From: Desulfomicrobium sp.
GTDB lineage: Bacteria; Desulfobacterota; Desulfovibrionia; Desulfovibrionales; Desulfomicrobiaceae
Assembly (NCBI GenBank): GCA_040768745.1
Contig: JAXGMI010000002.1
Span: 860,125-924,124, forward strand
Length of the DNA: 64,000 bases
Direction of reading: 5' to 3'
A model generated the notes under the pieces. It saw only the letters and a program-made list of their open reading frames with translations, had not been told where the DNA came from and made no database searches. Both the position numbers and the translations under genes were made by a program. How positions within the stretch are numbered: the stretch's first letter is position 1; each line of letters begins with the position of its first letter. Below, one piece after another: positions 32,412 through 44,605 of this stretch.

Positions 32412-33769
32412 CAGCTCCGCCCTCTGACCCGCGAGAGCATCCTTTCCACATCGGGGATGGACTCCGTCAGGCTCAGGATGATGAACCGGTCCCCGCTCAG
32501 GATGACGTCATTGCCGCTGGGGATGAGCACGCTGTCCTGGCGCATGATGCACAGCACCAGCACCCCCATGGGGAAATTGAGATCCTTCAGGGGTTGCCCC
32601 ACAAGGCTCGAATCCTGACTGACCAGCGCCTCCATGGCCTCGGCCTGGTCCTTGATGGCCACAGTGGAAAGGACCCCGCCCTTGCGCACATGCTTGAAAA
32701 TACTGTTCACGGCCGACATGCGGGGGCTGACAATGTGTTCCAGGCCGATGGCCCGGACCAGAGGCATGTACGCGATCTTGTTCAACCGGGTGATGGCCAT
32801 GGGGGTGCCGAGCTTCTTGGCCAGGAGCGAGGACAGGATGTTGCTCTCCTCGTTGCCGGTCATGGTCACGATGACGTCCATCTGGCCGATGTTCTCCTCC
32901 TGCAGGGCTTCCTGATCCGTTCCGTCGCCGTTCAACACCACGGTGCGGCCTAGTTCGTTGGCCAGGATGGTGCAGCGCTCGGGATTCTTGTCCATCAGCT
33001 TGACGTGCAGGGGCTTTTTCTCCAGGGACCGGGCCAAGCGCAGCCCTATGTTCCCCCCGCCGATGATGAGCACGTTGCTTTTCCTGCCTGGCCGGTTGCC
33101 CAGAAAGGAAAAGACCGGCTGCAGCTCCGTGTCCTCGCAGACGAAGTAGACCAGGTCTCCCCTGCGGATCTCGTCGGCGCCCGAGGGCACAATGACCTTG
33201 TCGTTGCGGACGATGGCCGCGACAATCATGCGTCTGTCCCCCACCTTGCCGCGCAGGTCCATGAGCCGGGTCCCGGCCAGGGGGTTGGCCTCGGTGATCC
33301 AGGTGCCGGCCAGCTTGATCCGGCCCCCGGCCAGGTCGCTGATGTCCACGGCCCCCGGAGCGCTGAGCATGTGCTCGATGGTCCTCACCACTTCAACTTC
33401 GGGGTTGACGATGATGCCGATGCCGATTTCCCGGGACAGGTGTTCGGCATAGGCGATGTACTCGTCGTTGCGGATGCGGGCCAGCTTGGTCAGGCCTGGG
33501 GCCAGCATGTTGGCGAAGGTGCAGGCCATGAGGTTGATTTCGTCACTGTCGGTCACGGCCAGGAGCATGTTCGCCTTCTGGATGCCCGCCTCGCCCAGGA
33601 CCAGCGGGCTGCATCCGGATCCCTCCAGCACCTGCACGTCCATGTGGTCCAGGATGCGCTGCAGCACGGCGGGGTTGCGGTCGATGACGACCACGTCCTT
33701 CTGTTCCGAGGCCAGGCGCTGGGCAACGTAAAAACCGACCTCCCCCGCCCCGATAATGATGGCTTTCAA
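32411..33769 (-). CDS. trkA: Trk potassium uptake regulatory subunit
   Basis: Two RCK units (IIGAGEVG, IIGGGNIG); likely TTG start. Confidence 0.94.
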   Translation of the reverse strand: MKAIIIGAGEVGFYVAQRLASEQKDVVVIDRNPAVLQRILDHMDVQVLEGSGCSPLVLGEAGIQKANMLLAVTDSDEINLMACTFANMLAPGLTKLARIRNDEYIAYAEHLSREIGIGIIVNPEVEVVRTIEHMLSAPGAVDISDLAGGRIKLAGTWITEANPLAGTRLMDLRGKVGDRRMIVAAIVRNDKVIVPSGADEIRRGDLVYFVCEDTELQPVFSFLGNRPGRKSNVLIIGGGNIGLRLARSLEKKPLHVKLMDKNPERCTILANELGRTVVLNGDGTDQEALQEENIGQMDVIVTMTGNEESNILSSLLAKKLGTPMAITRLNKIAYMPLVRAIGLEHIVSPRMSAVNSIFKHVRKGGVLSTVAIKDQAEAMEALVSQDSSLVGQPLKDLNFPMGVLVLCIMRQDSVLIPSGNDVILSGDRFIILSLTESIPDVERMLSRVRGRS

Positions 33770-33789
33770 AAAAAGAACTCCGGTTGCGA

Positions 33790-34498
33790 TTATCTGACGG
33801 CCTTTTCCGGGGGCCACGGCGTGCAGTCCCGGGCCGGGGCGAACCCGGCCGCGAAGGCCTCGGCCAGGGATGAAAACTGGACCTGGTTGGATTTTTTGAC
33901 CTTGCGGCCTTGAGAGCAGGACAGGATGTGGAAGCGCAGCGAACTTCTGGTGCCGACACACCCCCTGCTCGCATCCGCAATCCCCAGGATGTGCGGCCAG
34001 AAGCCTTTGCCCTGGCTCATGGCCCGCCTCTGGGCCTGCAACAGTTCCCCGCTCAGGCTTTTGTCCCTGTCAGCGGCATGCGGATAAACGAATGCCGCCC
34101 CCTGCTCAATCATGGACAGATTGACCATGACGTTGTCCGCCCGCCATGCTATGCCCACCATACGCCCATGGCGATCCCTGTCCAGCTCGCTTCTGCGCAG
34201 GATCAGCTCCCGGCCGGAGACCAGGGCCTCCAGCATGCGCTTGGACTGCCGGCCGAAGTACTGTCCGGGCTTGCCGTTGTGGCCCAGTTCCGGCGCGTCG
34301 ATGCCGCGCAGGCGCAGCCGCTCCCCTCCGCCCAGGAGCAAGGTATCCCCGTCCAGCACCTCGGCCACGCGGACCCGCCACGACTCAGCCCGGGCCTGCC
34401 CAGCCGGGAACAGTCCAAGCAGCAAGACCAGTCCCAGACAAAGCCCAAAAAAGAAGGCAACCTGTGGGGCTGCCTTGAAAAGGGGTGACCTCGAAAGA

Positions 34499-34509
<11 letters not shown>
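33790..34509 (-). CDS. Thermonuclease (SNase) family protein with C-terminal Ada-like metal-binding segment
   Basis: [21 protein letters not shown]-terminal FH...C...AFAAGFAP..C. Confidence 0.85.
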
Positions 34510-36265
<1,756 letters not shown>

Positions 36266-36324
36266 CCGCTCCCCCAAAATTGATACATCTTGTCGCCTGC
36301 TGCCGGGACCGGCAGCAGGAACTC

Positions 36325-38028
36325 TCAGCCCTGCCTTCGCTCCTGGATGAGGGCCAGGAGACGCAGTTCCTCCTGAAAATTCCCTTCCTGGCGGGCCCTG
36401 CGCAGCCCCTCGTTGAGGCTGTCCAGCTCGCAGCGCTGGTTGGTCTGGCGCAAAAATTCACTGACTTCGCCCCACTCCTGCAGGCCTTCGTCGGCCGTGA
36501 CATCGGAGCGCATCTGGCACTGCACATAAAACTGTTTTTCGCCCTGGTCCAAACGGATCAGGACTTCATGCGGGTCTGCCCCGAAGATGGTGTTCCAAAA
36601 TTTTCTGCCCCGCTCCGTGGTCAAAGCCCGTTCCAAACCCAACTGGCGCAACTCCTGGTGGTACTCCGGAAAACGCACCGCAAAGGCCAGCAGATTCCTG
36701 TCCCGCCGGGCCGGGTTGCTGGTAGCAAGCCGCTCCTGGGCTGGCCTGGACGCCCCTGCAGCGGGATCGTGCAGGACCTGGCGCCACTCTGCCTCGGAAA
36801 GCCCCAAACCGGTGGCGAGTTTGGGCAGGTAGAAAGACTGCAGCTCGTGGGTCTTCAACTGCCCCACGAAACCTTTGGCCCACTGCAGAACCTCCTTGGG
36901 GGACATGTTTTCGGACACGTGGCGCAGGCAGTAGTCGAGGCCGTCCACGGCCCGGGACACGAGTTCCTCCAGGCGCTCCCGGCCGAATTTCTGCAGCACC
37001 GAATCCACGTCCTCTCCCTCGGGCAGGCAGACCACGCGGCATTTCAGCCCCTGAGTCAGAATCATCTCCGCGCTGCGCAGGGAGGCCTTGCGGCCGGCAC
37101 TGTCCCCATCGAAAACCAGATCCACCCGCGCCACCAAACCGGACAGGCGGTGGACCTGCTCGGCTGTGAGGGCCGTGCCCAGCACCCCGCAGCTGTTCTG
37201 AAAGCCGAACTGGTGCAGGCTCAGGACGTCCACGTACCCTTCGGTCAAAAGCACGCTCTTGGCATGGGACATGGCCCGCCGGGCCTGGAAGAGCCCGTAG
37301 AGGTGCTCGCCCTTGGTGTAGATGGGCGTCTCGCTCGAGTTCAGGTACTTGGGGCCGTCGCCGTCCACCAGGCTGCGGCCGCCAAAGGCCACCACTTGGC
37401 CGGACAGGTTCATGATCGGAAAAATGAGCCGCTCGCGGAACCGGTCGTAGTAGCTGCCCTTGGCGGACTTGCTGACCAGGCCGGACTTTTCGGCGGCCTC
37501 GTACCCGATCCCTCGGCTGCGCAAGTGGTCGCGCAGTTCGTTCCAGCCCGCTGGGGCCCAGCCCAGAGCGAAGGACTCCACGATCTCCGCGGCCAGCCCA
37601 CGCCGCGCAATATAGTCCCGCGCGGCCTGCCCGGCCTGGCCCTGCAGCGCGCGTCGGTAAAAGACCGCGGCCAGGGCGTGCGCCTCCAGGCACTGGGTCC
37701 GCGACACTCCGCCGTCGGCATTGCGCTCGGGCCGGCGGCGAATGGGGATCCCGGCCTCATGGGCCAGGGCTTCCACGGCCTCGCCGAAATCGAGGCCGCT
37801 GATGGCCCGATAGAATTCGATGATGTCACCCGAAGCCTGGCACCCGAAACAGTAATAAAAGCCCCCTTCCGGATTGACCGAAAAGGACGGCTTGGTCTCC
37901 TGGTGAAAGGGGCACGGCGCCACCAGCCTGGTGCCGACATGGCGCAGTTCGACATAGCGGCCGATGACATCCTCGATGCGCAGACGATTCTTTATCTCTG
38001 CGATCAGCCCCTGGTCGAACGTGCTCAT
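36325..38028 (-). CDS. dnaG: DNA primase
   Basis: CPFH...CFGC zinc ribbon, FGGR, KYLNS, EGYVD, FDGDSAG. Confidence 0.97.
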   Translation of the reverse strand: MSTFDQGLIAEIKNRLRIEDVIGRYVELRHVGTRLVAPCPFHQETKPSFSVNPEGGFYYCFGCQASGDIIEFYRAISGLDFGEAVEALAHEAGIPIRRRPERNADGGVSRTQCLEAHALAAVFYRRALQGQAGQAARDYIARRGLAAEIVESFALGWAPAGWNELRDHLRSRGIGYEAAEKSGLVSKSAKGSYYDRFRERLIFPIMNLSGQVVAFGGRSLVDGDGPKYLNSSETPIYTKGEHLYGLFQARRAMSHAKSVLLTEGYVDVLSLHQFGFQNSCGVLGTALTAEQVHRLSGLVARVDLVFDGDSAGRKASLRSAEMILTQGLKCRVVCLPEGEDVDSVLQKFGRERLEELVSRAVDGLDYCLRHVSENMSPKEVLQWAKGFVGQLKTHELQSFYLPKLATGLGLSEAEWRQVLHDPAAGASRPAQERLATSNPARRDRNLLAFAVRFPEYHQELRQLGLERALTTERGRKFWNTIFGADPHEVLIRLDQGEKQFYVQCQMRSDVTADEGLQEWGEVSEFLRQTNQRCELDSLNEGLRRARQEGNFQEELRLLALIQERRQG

Positions 38029-38047
38029 CCGGCTCCGCCTTGCATGT

Positions 38048-40351
38048 TTACCCGGCCAGGACCACCTTGGTCATGCCGTCTCCACCCTCGTCCGCTCTGC
38101 CCAGACTGAAACTGGCCACAGCTTTGGATCTGCGCAGATGCTCGTGCACGGTCCGTCGCACGGCGCCGGTACCCATGCCGTGGACGATCTCCACCTCGGT
38201 CCGCCCGGCCAGCAGGGCCTTGTCCAGAAACCGGGCCAGCTCCGCTTCGGCCTCGTCCGTGCGCATTCCGCGCAGATCGAGGCAAAGGGGCGGAGCTGCG
38301 GCCACGTCGCCCCGCATGGCGGTCGTTCCCGGAGCAGGGATGTCCATCTTCCCGGCGGGCCGCACGTCGGCAAGTCCCACCCACAGGCTGACCCCGGCCA
38401 TGTCCAGGCGGATGCGCTCCTTCCTGGGATCCACCTCCATGACCCGGCCGGTTCTGCTCCAGGGTACATAAAACAGGACCTGCCCCTGGGCAATGACCTG
38501 CAGGGAAAGTTTCTGCTCCTCGTCCCCAGGAGGACTCCCCGGCTCACCCACGGAACCACGCAGGTCGGCCAGCTCCTTCAATGCCTCCTTGCGGCCGCGG
38601 CGGCCCTCGCGCCACTGGCGCATGATCTCCCGCGACGTCTCCCGCACCTCGTTCAGCACGCGGGCCCGCTCCTGATCGAGCTTTTCCAGCTTGCGGGCGT
38701 ATTTCTGCTCCAAGGCGCGTGTTTCGGCCTTGAGGGCGGCCAATTCATCCTCCTTGGCCGCGGCTACGCGGTTCAGGCGCTCGAAGATCTCTTCGCTGTT
38801 CCCGGCGTCCAGGTAGAGGTATTCCTGGGCCCGTGTCAGAATGGTCTCAGGCAGGCCCTGTTCACGGGCCACATCCAGGGCCCGGCTGGCCCCGACCTGA
38901 TCGTAACCCAGTTTATACAGGGGCTTGTGACTGTCGGGGGAAAATATGACCGAGGCCGCGCGGACGCCCTCCCTGGACAGTCCGTAGGCCTTCAACGCCG
39001 GAAAGTGGGTGGCCACACCGACCCAGGCCTGCCTTTCCAGCAGCCCGTCAACCACGGCCTGGGCCAGGGCCGCGCCCTGGCTGGGATCCGTGCCGACCCC
39101 GAACTCATCCAGAATGACCAGGGTGCGGGCGTCAATGCGCGGCCACACCTCGCTGAAATGCCTGATCTGGGCCGTGAATGTGGACAGACTCTGCTCGATG
39201 GACTGCTCATCGCCCATGGAAACCACGAACCGGTCCCAGAACGGCAGTGTGCTGCCCTCGGCCGCCGTGACCGGGAGGCAGGCGTGGGCCATGATCCCCA
39301 GCAGACCCAATGTCTTCAGGCACACGGTCTTGCCCCCGGCGTTGCCGCCAGTGATGACCAGGACCCGCTGCCCCTCCTGCAGGACGATATCCACGGGTAC
39401 GACCTGGTCATGGCCAAAAACCAGGAGCGGATGGCGGGCTTCACGGAGGTGCAGGACAGAGTCCTTGGCGATGTCGATGACGTGGGCATCTGTCTGCCGG
39501 GCGTAATGGCAGATGGCCAGGAGCACGTCAAAGCGGACCAGCCCGGCAAAAGTACGCTCAATCTCGTCCTGCTCGGAACGGATCAGGTCGGTCAGGAAGC
39601 GCAGAACCTTCTGTTCCTCTGCCCGCTCCTCCTGCCGGTGCTCCTGCAGGTCATTGTTGAGCTCCACCAGAAACAGGGGCTCGAAATAGCAGGTCTCCCC
39701 GGTCTGGGAATAGTCGTGCACGATGCCCTTGAGCCGGCCCTTGAAATTGGTTTTCAGCGCCAGGACGTAGCGGTCGGAAGAGACGGTCAGATATTCGTCC
39801 TGCAGGATGGACTGCAGGTCCCCGCCCTGCACAAAATCCTGCACCTTGCGGGTGCACATCTGCTGGACGCGGCGGATTTCCTGCCGCACGGAATAGAGTT
39901 CTGGCGAGGCCTCATCCTTGATGGTCCCGTCCGGGGCCAGGCAGCGCCTCAGACCCGACCAGGACTTGGGCGGCAGGGTCAGGCCGGCCGCAAGACTGGC
40001 CAGACCCGGGTATCGCCCCGCGTCCGGAGCGCCGATGGCTTCCCGCAATGCAGCCGCGGCCGAAAGCATCTCCCACACCCCCACAAGGCCGTCCTGGTCG
40101 AGGAAGGCCAGGGGGTTGCGCAAAAAGGAAAAAATTCCGGCTACGTCGGGAAAGGTGGCCAGGCGCACATCGGTGTGCGCGCAGAAGTGCACGGCCTCAC
40201 GCACCAGAGCCGAACGCTCGCCGATCTCGGCCATGTCGGTCCTGGGCAAAAGGGAAAGGCAGGCATCCCTGCCCGCCTCGCTCACGGCATACGACGAAAG
40301 GTGCTGCAGGACCTTGGGAAATTCCAGCAGCTGGATTGTTCTTGAATCCAT
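38048..40351 (-). CDS. mutS2: Endonuclease MutS2
   Basis: LEFPKV N-terminus, ITGGNAGGKT, DEFGVGTDP, C-terminal Smr domain (LDLRG, IVHGMGTG). Confidence 0.93.
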   Translation of the reverse strand: MDSRTIQLLEFPKVLQHLSSYAVSEAGRDACLSLLPRTDMAEIGERSALVREAVHFCAHTDVRLATFPDVAGIFSFLRNPLAFLDQDGLVGVWEMLSAAAALREAIGAPDAGRYPGLASLAAGLTLPPKSWSGLRRCLAPDGTIKDEASPELYSVRQEIRRVQQMCTRKVQDFVQGGDLQSILQDEYLTVSSDRYVLALKTNFKGRLKGIVHDYSQTGETCYFEPLFLVELNNDLQEHRQEERAEEQKVLRFLTDLIRSEQDEIERTFAGLVRFDVLLAICHYARQTDAHVIDIAKDSVLHLREARHPLLVFGHDQVVPVDIVLQEGQRVLVITGGNAGGKTVCLKTLGLLGIMAHACLPVTAAEGSTLPFWDRFVVSMGDEQSIEQSLSTFTAQIRHFSEVWPRIDARTLVILDEFGVGTDPSQGAALAQAVVDGLLERQAWVGVATHFPALKAYGLSREGVRAASVIFSPDSHKPLYKLGYDQVGASRALDVAREQGLPETILTRAQEYLYLDAGNSEEIFERLNRVAAAKEDELAALKAETRALEQKYARKLEKLDQERARVLNEVRETSREIMRQWREGRRGRKEALKELADLRGSVGEPGSPPGDEEQKLSLQVIAQGQVLFYVPWSRTGRVMEVDPRKERIRLDMAGVSLWVGLADVRPAGKMDIPAPGTTAMRGDVAAAPPLCLDLRGMRTDEAEAELARFLDKALLAGRTEVEIVHGMGTGAVRRTVHEHLRRSKAVASFSLGRADEGGDGMTKVVLAG

Positions 40352-40355
40352 AAGA

Positions 40356-40802
40356 TTACGACGAAAGTTTCGCGCGCACCAGGGCGCTGAGTTCCTTTCC
40401 GTCAACACGGCCGGCATGGGCGCCCAGGATGGCGTTCATAACCCGGCCCATGTCTTTCATTCCGGCGGCACCAAGGGATTGAATGGTCGCATCGACGACC
40501 TCCGCCATTTCCTGGGGAGTGAGCGCCGTGGGAAGATAAGCCTGCAGGATGAACATCTCGCGCTCTTCGATTCCGGCCAGATCGTCCCGGCCCGCAGCCC
40601 GGAACTGATCGATGGACTCCTGACGCTGCTTGACCTGCCTGGCCACAACGTCAAGCATCTCGCTCTCGGTCAACTCCCGCCGGAGCTCGACCTGCTTGTT
40701 CTTGGCGGCTGCCTTGAGCATTCTCAAGACAGCCACCTCGTCAGTCTTTTTCGCCTTGAACGCGACGATGAAGTCTTTTTCAATGCGTTGAGCAAGGCTC
40801 AT
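40356..40802 (-). CDS. GatB/YqeY domain protein
   Basis: KQRQESIDQF...GRDDL, YLP, KDMGRVM, DGK. Confidence 0.92.
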   Translation of the reverse strand: MSLAQRIEKDFIVAFKAKKTDEVAVLRMLKAAAKNKQVELRRELTESEMLDVVARQVKQRQESIDQFRAAGRDDLAGIEEREMFILQAYLPTALTPQEMAEVVDATIQSLGAAGMKDMGRVMNAILGAHAGRVDGKELSALVRAKLSS

Positions 40803-41002
40803 CAGATCACCTGGAGTTTGCGGATCTTTTTCAACAGCCGTTTCTTGGCCGCAGCTTCCTTCTTTTTCTTCTGGATGCTGGGCTTTTCGAAATGCTGACG
40901 CTTTTTCAGCTCGGAAAGAATGCCTGCCTTCTCGACCTGCTTCTTGAACTTCCGCAGGGAGTAGTCAAACGTATCGCTGTCACCCATGTATACACCTGGC
41001 AA
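40802..41002 (-). CDS. rpsU: 30S ribosomal protein S21
   Basis: [30 protein letters not shown] start after GGAGG. Confidence 0.95.
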   Translation of the reverse strand: MPGVYMGDSDTFDYSLRKFKKQVEKAGILSELKKRQHFEKPSIQKKKKEAAAKKRLLKKIRKLQVI

Positions 41003-41105
41003 ACGGATCACCTCCCGTCCCGTTCTCGCTTCCGGCGTCTGGCGACGCGCAGGAAATTTTGATTTCTACGCAAAGCCCTGACCCGTGGCAAGAAAAAAAT
41101 CGCAT

Positions 41106-41130
41106 AAAAAAAGGGCGCTCAAGGCGCCCT
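41106..41130 (-). terminator. Terminator after HU and the small ORF
   Basis: AGGGCGC...GCGCCCT stem with U-tract on the minus strand. Confidence 0.7.
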
Positions 41131-41152
41131 CAAAAACATATAAATCAGGCTA

Positions 41153-41323
41153 TTACAACTTTTCTTTCACGGTTTCGGCAATAGACTTCAGAATGACGAC
41201 TCCAAGGCCGGACCCGATAATGAAAAGCACCGCGTAGAGAACTCCGAAAAAGATGGCATGGTCAGGCTGCCACCAGGGCAAATCCTGGGGCAACGGGCTC
41301 TGAACAGTTTCCCCGTGCAGCAT
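41153..41323 (-). CDS. 56-aa single-TM small protein (not in ORF track)
   Basis: MLHGETVQSPLPQDLPWWQPDHAIFFGVLYAVLFIIGSGLGVVILKSIAETVKEKL*; GGGGGA RBS; between HU and terminator. Confidence 0.75.
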   Translation of the reverse strand: MLHGETVQSPLPQDLPWWQPDHAIFFGVLYAVLFIIGSGLGVVILKSIAETVKEKL

Positions 41324-41341
41324 ACGATCCCCCTTGCGGCC

Positions 41342-41614
41342 TTACTTGATTGCGTCCTTCAGATCCTTGCCGGGCCGGAACTTGACGACCTTGCAGGCGG
41401 GAATCTTCAGCTCTTCGCCGGTGCGAGGGTTGCGCCCGGTGCGGGCCTGTCGCTCTTCGACAACAAATGTGCCGAAACCGGTGAGGGTCATCTTCTTTTC
41501 TTTCACCAGGGTTTCCTGGACGGCCTTCAGAAATTCGGTGAGGGCGCGTTCAGCGTCAGCCTTCGTCAGCCCAGCCTTTTCAGCCATTTTCGCTACCAAT
41601 TCTGCCTTCGTCAT
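41342..41614 (-). CDS. hup: HU family DNA-binding protein
   Basis: MTKAELV, GFGTF, ARTGRNPRTG, KFRPGKDLK. Confidence 0.95.
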   Translation of the reverse strand: MTKAELVAKMAEKAGLTKADAERALTEFLKAVQETLVKEKKMTLTGFGTFVVEERQARTGRNPRTGEELKIPACKVVKFRPGKDLKDAIK

Positions 41615-41857
41615 CAGTCTTCCTCCTTTGCAGTAATTCACCAACGGATGCGGAAGGTTCTCCAGAAACCCCATGGCCCGCAGCCGTCAACAGTTTGTGA
41701 TTCAAGCCTGATCTCGAAATTTACGGGCCCGATGCGCCATGTGATACTGGAATACATGGCGTATGTCCAGGGAGGCACCATACGGACCGTGCCCCCTCGC
41801 GCGCAAATGTTCAGTGCGCAGGCAAACAGATTTTTCCTTGCAAAGTCAAGCTTATTT

Positions 41858-42691
41858 TCACGCAAGGCAGTCACAACGAGAGCTCTCGGGCAAGTTCGGG
41901 TCGCGTGGCCCACCCACGTCCACGGCAATGCAGGCCAGGGCACGCAGCTGGTCGGGACCCAGGTCTTCGGGGCGGACCCGTCTGTCCACTTTGTTCAGGG
42001 CGCACCACTCCTCCATCTGTGCGGACCAGCCGGACTTCAGAATGGTGCCCAGCTGTTTGCGCCGCCGGGAAAACAGGGTCTTGAGCAGCACGGACAGTCT
42101 CCTGGCCTCGGCCCAGGCTGCATCGGGCCGGGGCGATAACCTGACAACGGCCGAATGGACCTTGGGTTGGGGGCGGAACACCTGGGGAGGAACCGTGAAC
42201 ACGAATTCCGGGCGCACGAAATTCCCGACCCAGGCCGAAATGGCCCCGTAGGCCCTGCCTCCCTCCCGTGCGGTGAGCCGCTGGGCCACTTCCTTCTGGA
42301 CCATGAAGACCATGGTCTTCCAGTTCCGGCACCGGCTGACCATTTCCCAGATCATGGGCGAAGCCACATTGTAGGGCAGGTTGCCGACCAGACACAGACC
42401 GGGCATGGCCGCTGTCCCTTCCCAACAGAATTCCAGCCCATCGGCATGGATCACCCCCACGCGCGGAAAGGTCTGCCGCACATGGCGGACAAGGTCCGAA
42501 TCTTTTTCCAGGGCCATGACCAAACCGGAATGCTCATTCAGAATCCTGGTCAAGGCCCCGCGGCCGGGTCCGATCTCAAGGACCGGGTCGCCTGGTTCGA
42601 GTCCCAGGGTGGCCACGATGCGCCTGCAGATGTTGGGGTCGGCCAGAAAATTCTGGCCCAGGGATCTCTTGGGCGAGGCGAAGTCCGGCAT
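41858..42691 (-). CDS. rsmA: 16S rRNA m6,2A dimethyltransferase
   Basis: KRSLGQNFL, EIGPGRGALT, GNLPYN, MVQKEVAQR. Confidence 0.95.
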   Translation of the reverse strand: MPDFASPKRSLGQNFLADPNICRRIVATLGLEPGDPVLEIGPGRGALTRILNEHSGLVMALEKDSDLVRHVRQTFPRVGVIHADGLEFCWEGTAAMPGLCLVGNLPYNVASPMIWEMVSRCRNWKTMVFMVQKEVAQRLTAREGGRAYGAISAWVGNFVRPEFVFTVPPQVFRPQPKVHSAVVRLSPRPDAAWAEARRLSVLLKTLFSRRRKQLGTILKSGWSAQMEEWCALNKVDRRVRPEDLGPDQLRALACIAVDVGGPRDPNLPESSRCDCLA

Positions 42692-42692
42692 G

Positions 42693-43202
42693 CTAGTCAC
42701 GATGCAGCTTCCCGCGCTGCCGTTCAAGCTTTCGCCTGGCCCTCTTGTCGTGATAGAGGCGCACGGCCCGCAGGGCCACGAAATAGGAGCCCACGGCCAG
42801 GGGTATGCCTGCGATGCAGCCGCCCAGGGTCGTGATCAGCAGCCATTTCCAGCCCTGATGCAGGAGTTCAAGAAGTGGCAGGTCGGCGAGTTCGGCGATG
42901 CTCAATTGCACGATGTCACCCGGCACGAAGATCTTGCCCAAGATATAGAGCAGAGGAAAGACGATGGCCCAGTTGAAGGGGTTGGTCCACCAGGTCCCAA
43001 GGGCCGCGGCCACGATATTGCCGCGCAGGAGCAGGGCCAGGGACACGGCGATGAACATCTGCAGGGACAGAAACGGCATGGCTCCGGAAAACACGCCCAC
43101 GGCCAGACCCAGGGCGATGGACTCGGCCGGGGCCTTGATGCGCACGATGCGCAGGTAGGCATAGCGACTCATGCGCGAAATCTTGACCCAGATTCGTTCC
43201 AT
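42693..43202 (-). CDS. DUF2062 membrane protein
   Basis: SIALGLAVGVF, GTWWTNP. Confidence 0.8.
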   Translation of the reverse strand: MERIWVKISRMSRYAYLRIVRIKAPAESIALGLAVGVFSGAMPFLSLQMFIAVSLALLLRGNIVAAALGTWWTNPFNWAIVFPLLYILGKIFVPGDIVQLSIAELADLPLLELLHQGWKWLLITTLGGCIAGIPLAVGSYFVALRAVRLYHDKRARRKLERQRGKLHRD

Positions 43203-43337
43203 GCGAGTACATTCAACGGTTTGGTTGCCCAGACAGACTTGGATCTGCCACCCAAGGCAGTTCGAGGGTCTATGGCCCTGGTCGTGACCTTGTCAATGCA
43301 TTTCATGGTGCGCTCCGCAGCCCGCCTGCTGGGAGAC

Positions 43338-43363
43338 AAAAAAGGGGCAGGTCGCCCTGCCCC
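43338..43363 (-). terminator. Terminator after ferritin
   Basis: GGGGCAGG-TCG-CCTGCCCC-like stem with A-tract. Confidence 0.7.
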
Positions 43364-43396
43364 GTCACACGTAGTATGTCATTCAACCGTCGCAGC

Positions 43397-43903
43397 CTAT
43401 TCCGCCGGAGGCGTGAAGACCCGGGTGGCCAGGTCCCGGTCCATCATGAACAGCCCGCCCCCGTGGGAGCCGAGCAGGCGCAGTTTCTGCACGACTTCGT
43501 TGACGCTGTCCTCTTCCTCCACCTGCTCGTCCACGAACCAGCGCAGAAAGCTATTGGTGGCATGGTCCTTTTCCTTGATGGCCAGATTGACCAGATCGTT
43601 GATCCGGCCGGTGATGTAGGCCTCATGCTTCTGGGCCGCCTCCATGGCTGCCAGGGGGCTCTCCCATTCGAACTGGGGTTTTTCGATGGCCTCCAGGCTG
43701 ACCCGGCCGCCCCGCTCGGCAATGTAGCGGAAGAACTTCATGGCGTGAAAGGTCTCCTCCTGGTTCTGGACGTTCATCCAGTTGGCGAACCCGCTCAGAT
43801 TCTTGTCCTGAAAATAGGCCACCATGGCCAGATAGAGATAGGCGGAGAACATCTCCGCGTTGACCTGATCGTTCAAAGCTTTTTCCATTTTGTCTGAAAG
43901 CAT
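43397..43903 (-). CDS. ftnA: Non-heme ferritin
   Basis: [30 protein letters not shown]. Confidence 0.93.
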   Translation of the reverse strand: MLSDKMEKALNDQVNAEMFSAYLYLAMVAYFQDKNLSGFANWMNVQNQEETFHAMKFFRYIAERGGRVSLEAIEKPQFEWESPLAAMEAAQKHEAYITGRINDLVNLAIKEKDHATNSFLRWFVDEQVEEEDSVNEVVQKLRLLGSHGGGLFMMDRDLATRVFTPPAE

Positions 43904-43932
43904 GGCGCACCTCGTTCTTTGATCGTGACCGA

Positions 43933-44448
43933 TTACAGCAAGTTCTTCACCGCGTTCAGCACAGCCGCGTAGTTCGGCTCGTGGGTCATTTCCGGAACCA
44001 TCTGCACGTAGGCCACCTTGCCCTTGGCGTCGAGCACGAAGATGGCCCGGGCCAGCAGGCGCAGTCCCTCGACCAGCACGCCGTAGGCCTGGCCAAAGGA
44101 GGCGGTCTGGTAGTCGGAAACGGTCTGCACGTTCTGCACCCCGGCATTGCCGCACCACCGTTTCTGGGCAAAAGGCAGATCCATGCTCACGGTCAGGACC
44201 TTGACCTTGTCCCCCAGGGCCTGGGCCTCCTGGTTGAATCGGCGCGTCTCCATGTCGCAGACCGGCGTGTCCAGGGACGGGACCGCCGAAATGATGGTCA
44301 CCTTGCCGGCCAGATCGGCCAGGGTGACCGGACTGAGGTCGTTGTCAACCACGCTGAAGTCCGGGGCGGTCATGCCCACGCTGATCTCCGGGCCAAGCAG
44401 GGTCAGGGGGTTGCCCAGGAAGGTGACGACGTTATCTCTTTTGTTCAT
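43933..44448 (-). CDS. tpx: Thiol peroxidase Tpx
   Basis: [26 protein letters not shown]. Confidence 0.94.
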   Translation of the reverse strand: MNKRDNVVTFLGNPLTLLGPEISVGMTAPDFSVVDNDLSPVTLADLAGKVTIISAVPSLDTPVCDMETRRFNQEAQALGDKVKVLTVSMDLPFAQKRWCGNAGVQNVQTVSDYQTASFGQAYGVLVEGLRLLARAIFVLDAKGKVAYVQMVPEMTHEPNYAAVLNAVKNLL

Positions 44449-44575
44449 GTGGTACTCCTGAGGGGGCACGGCCATGTTCGGGGTGCATGGCTGCAGCCAA
44501 CGTTGAGGTTCAAAGTGTCCTTTGCCTTCTAAGGCCCGGACGCGCTTTTGCAAGGGGGAAAACCCCGCATGGCCG

Positions 44576-44601
44576 AAAAAAAGCCCCGCGTCAGGCGGGG
44601 C
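44576..44601 (-). terminator. Terminator after lon
   Basis: GCCCCGC...GCGGGGC stem with A-tract. Confidence 0.7.
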
Positions 44602-44605
44602 AGCA

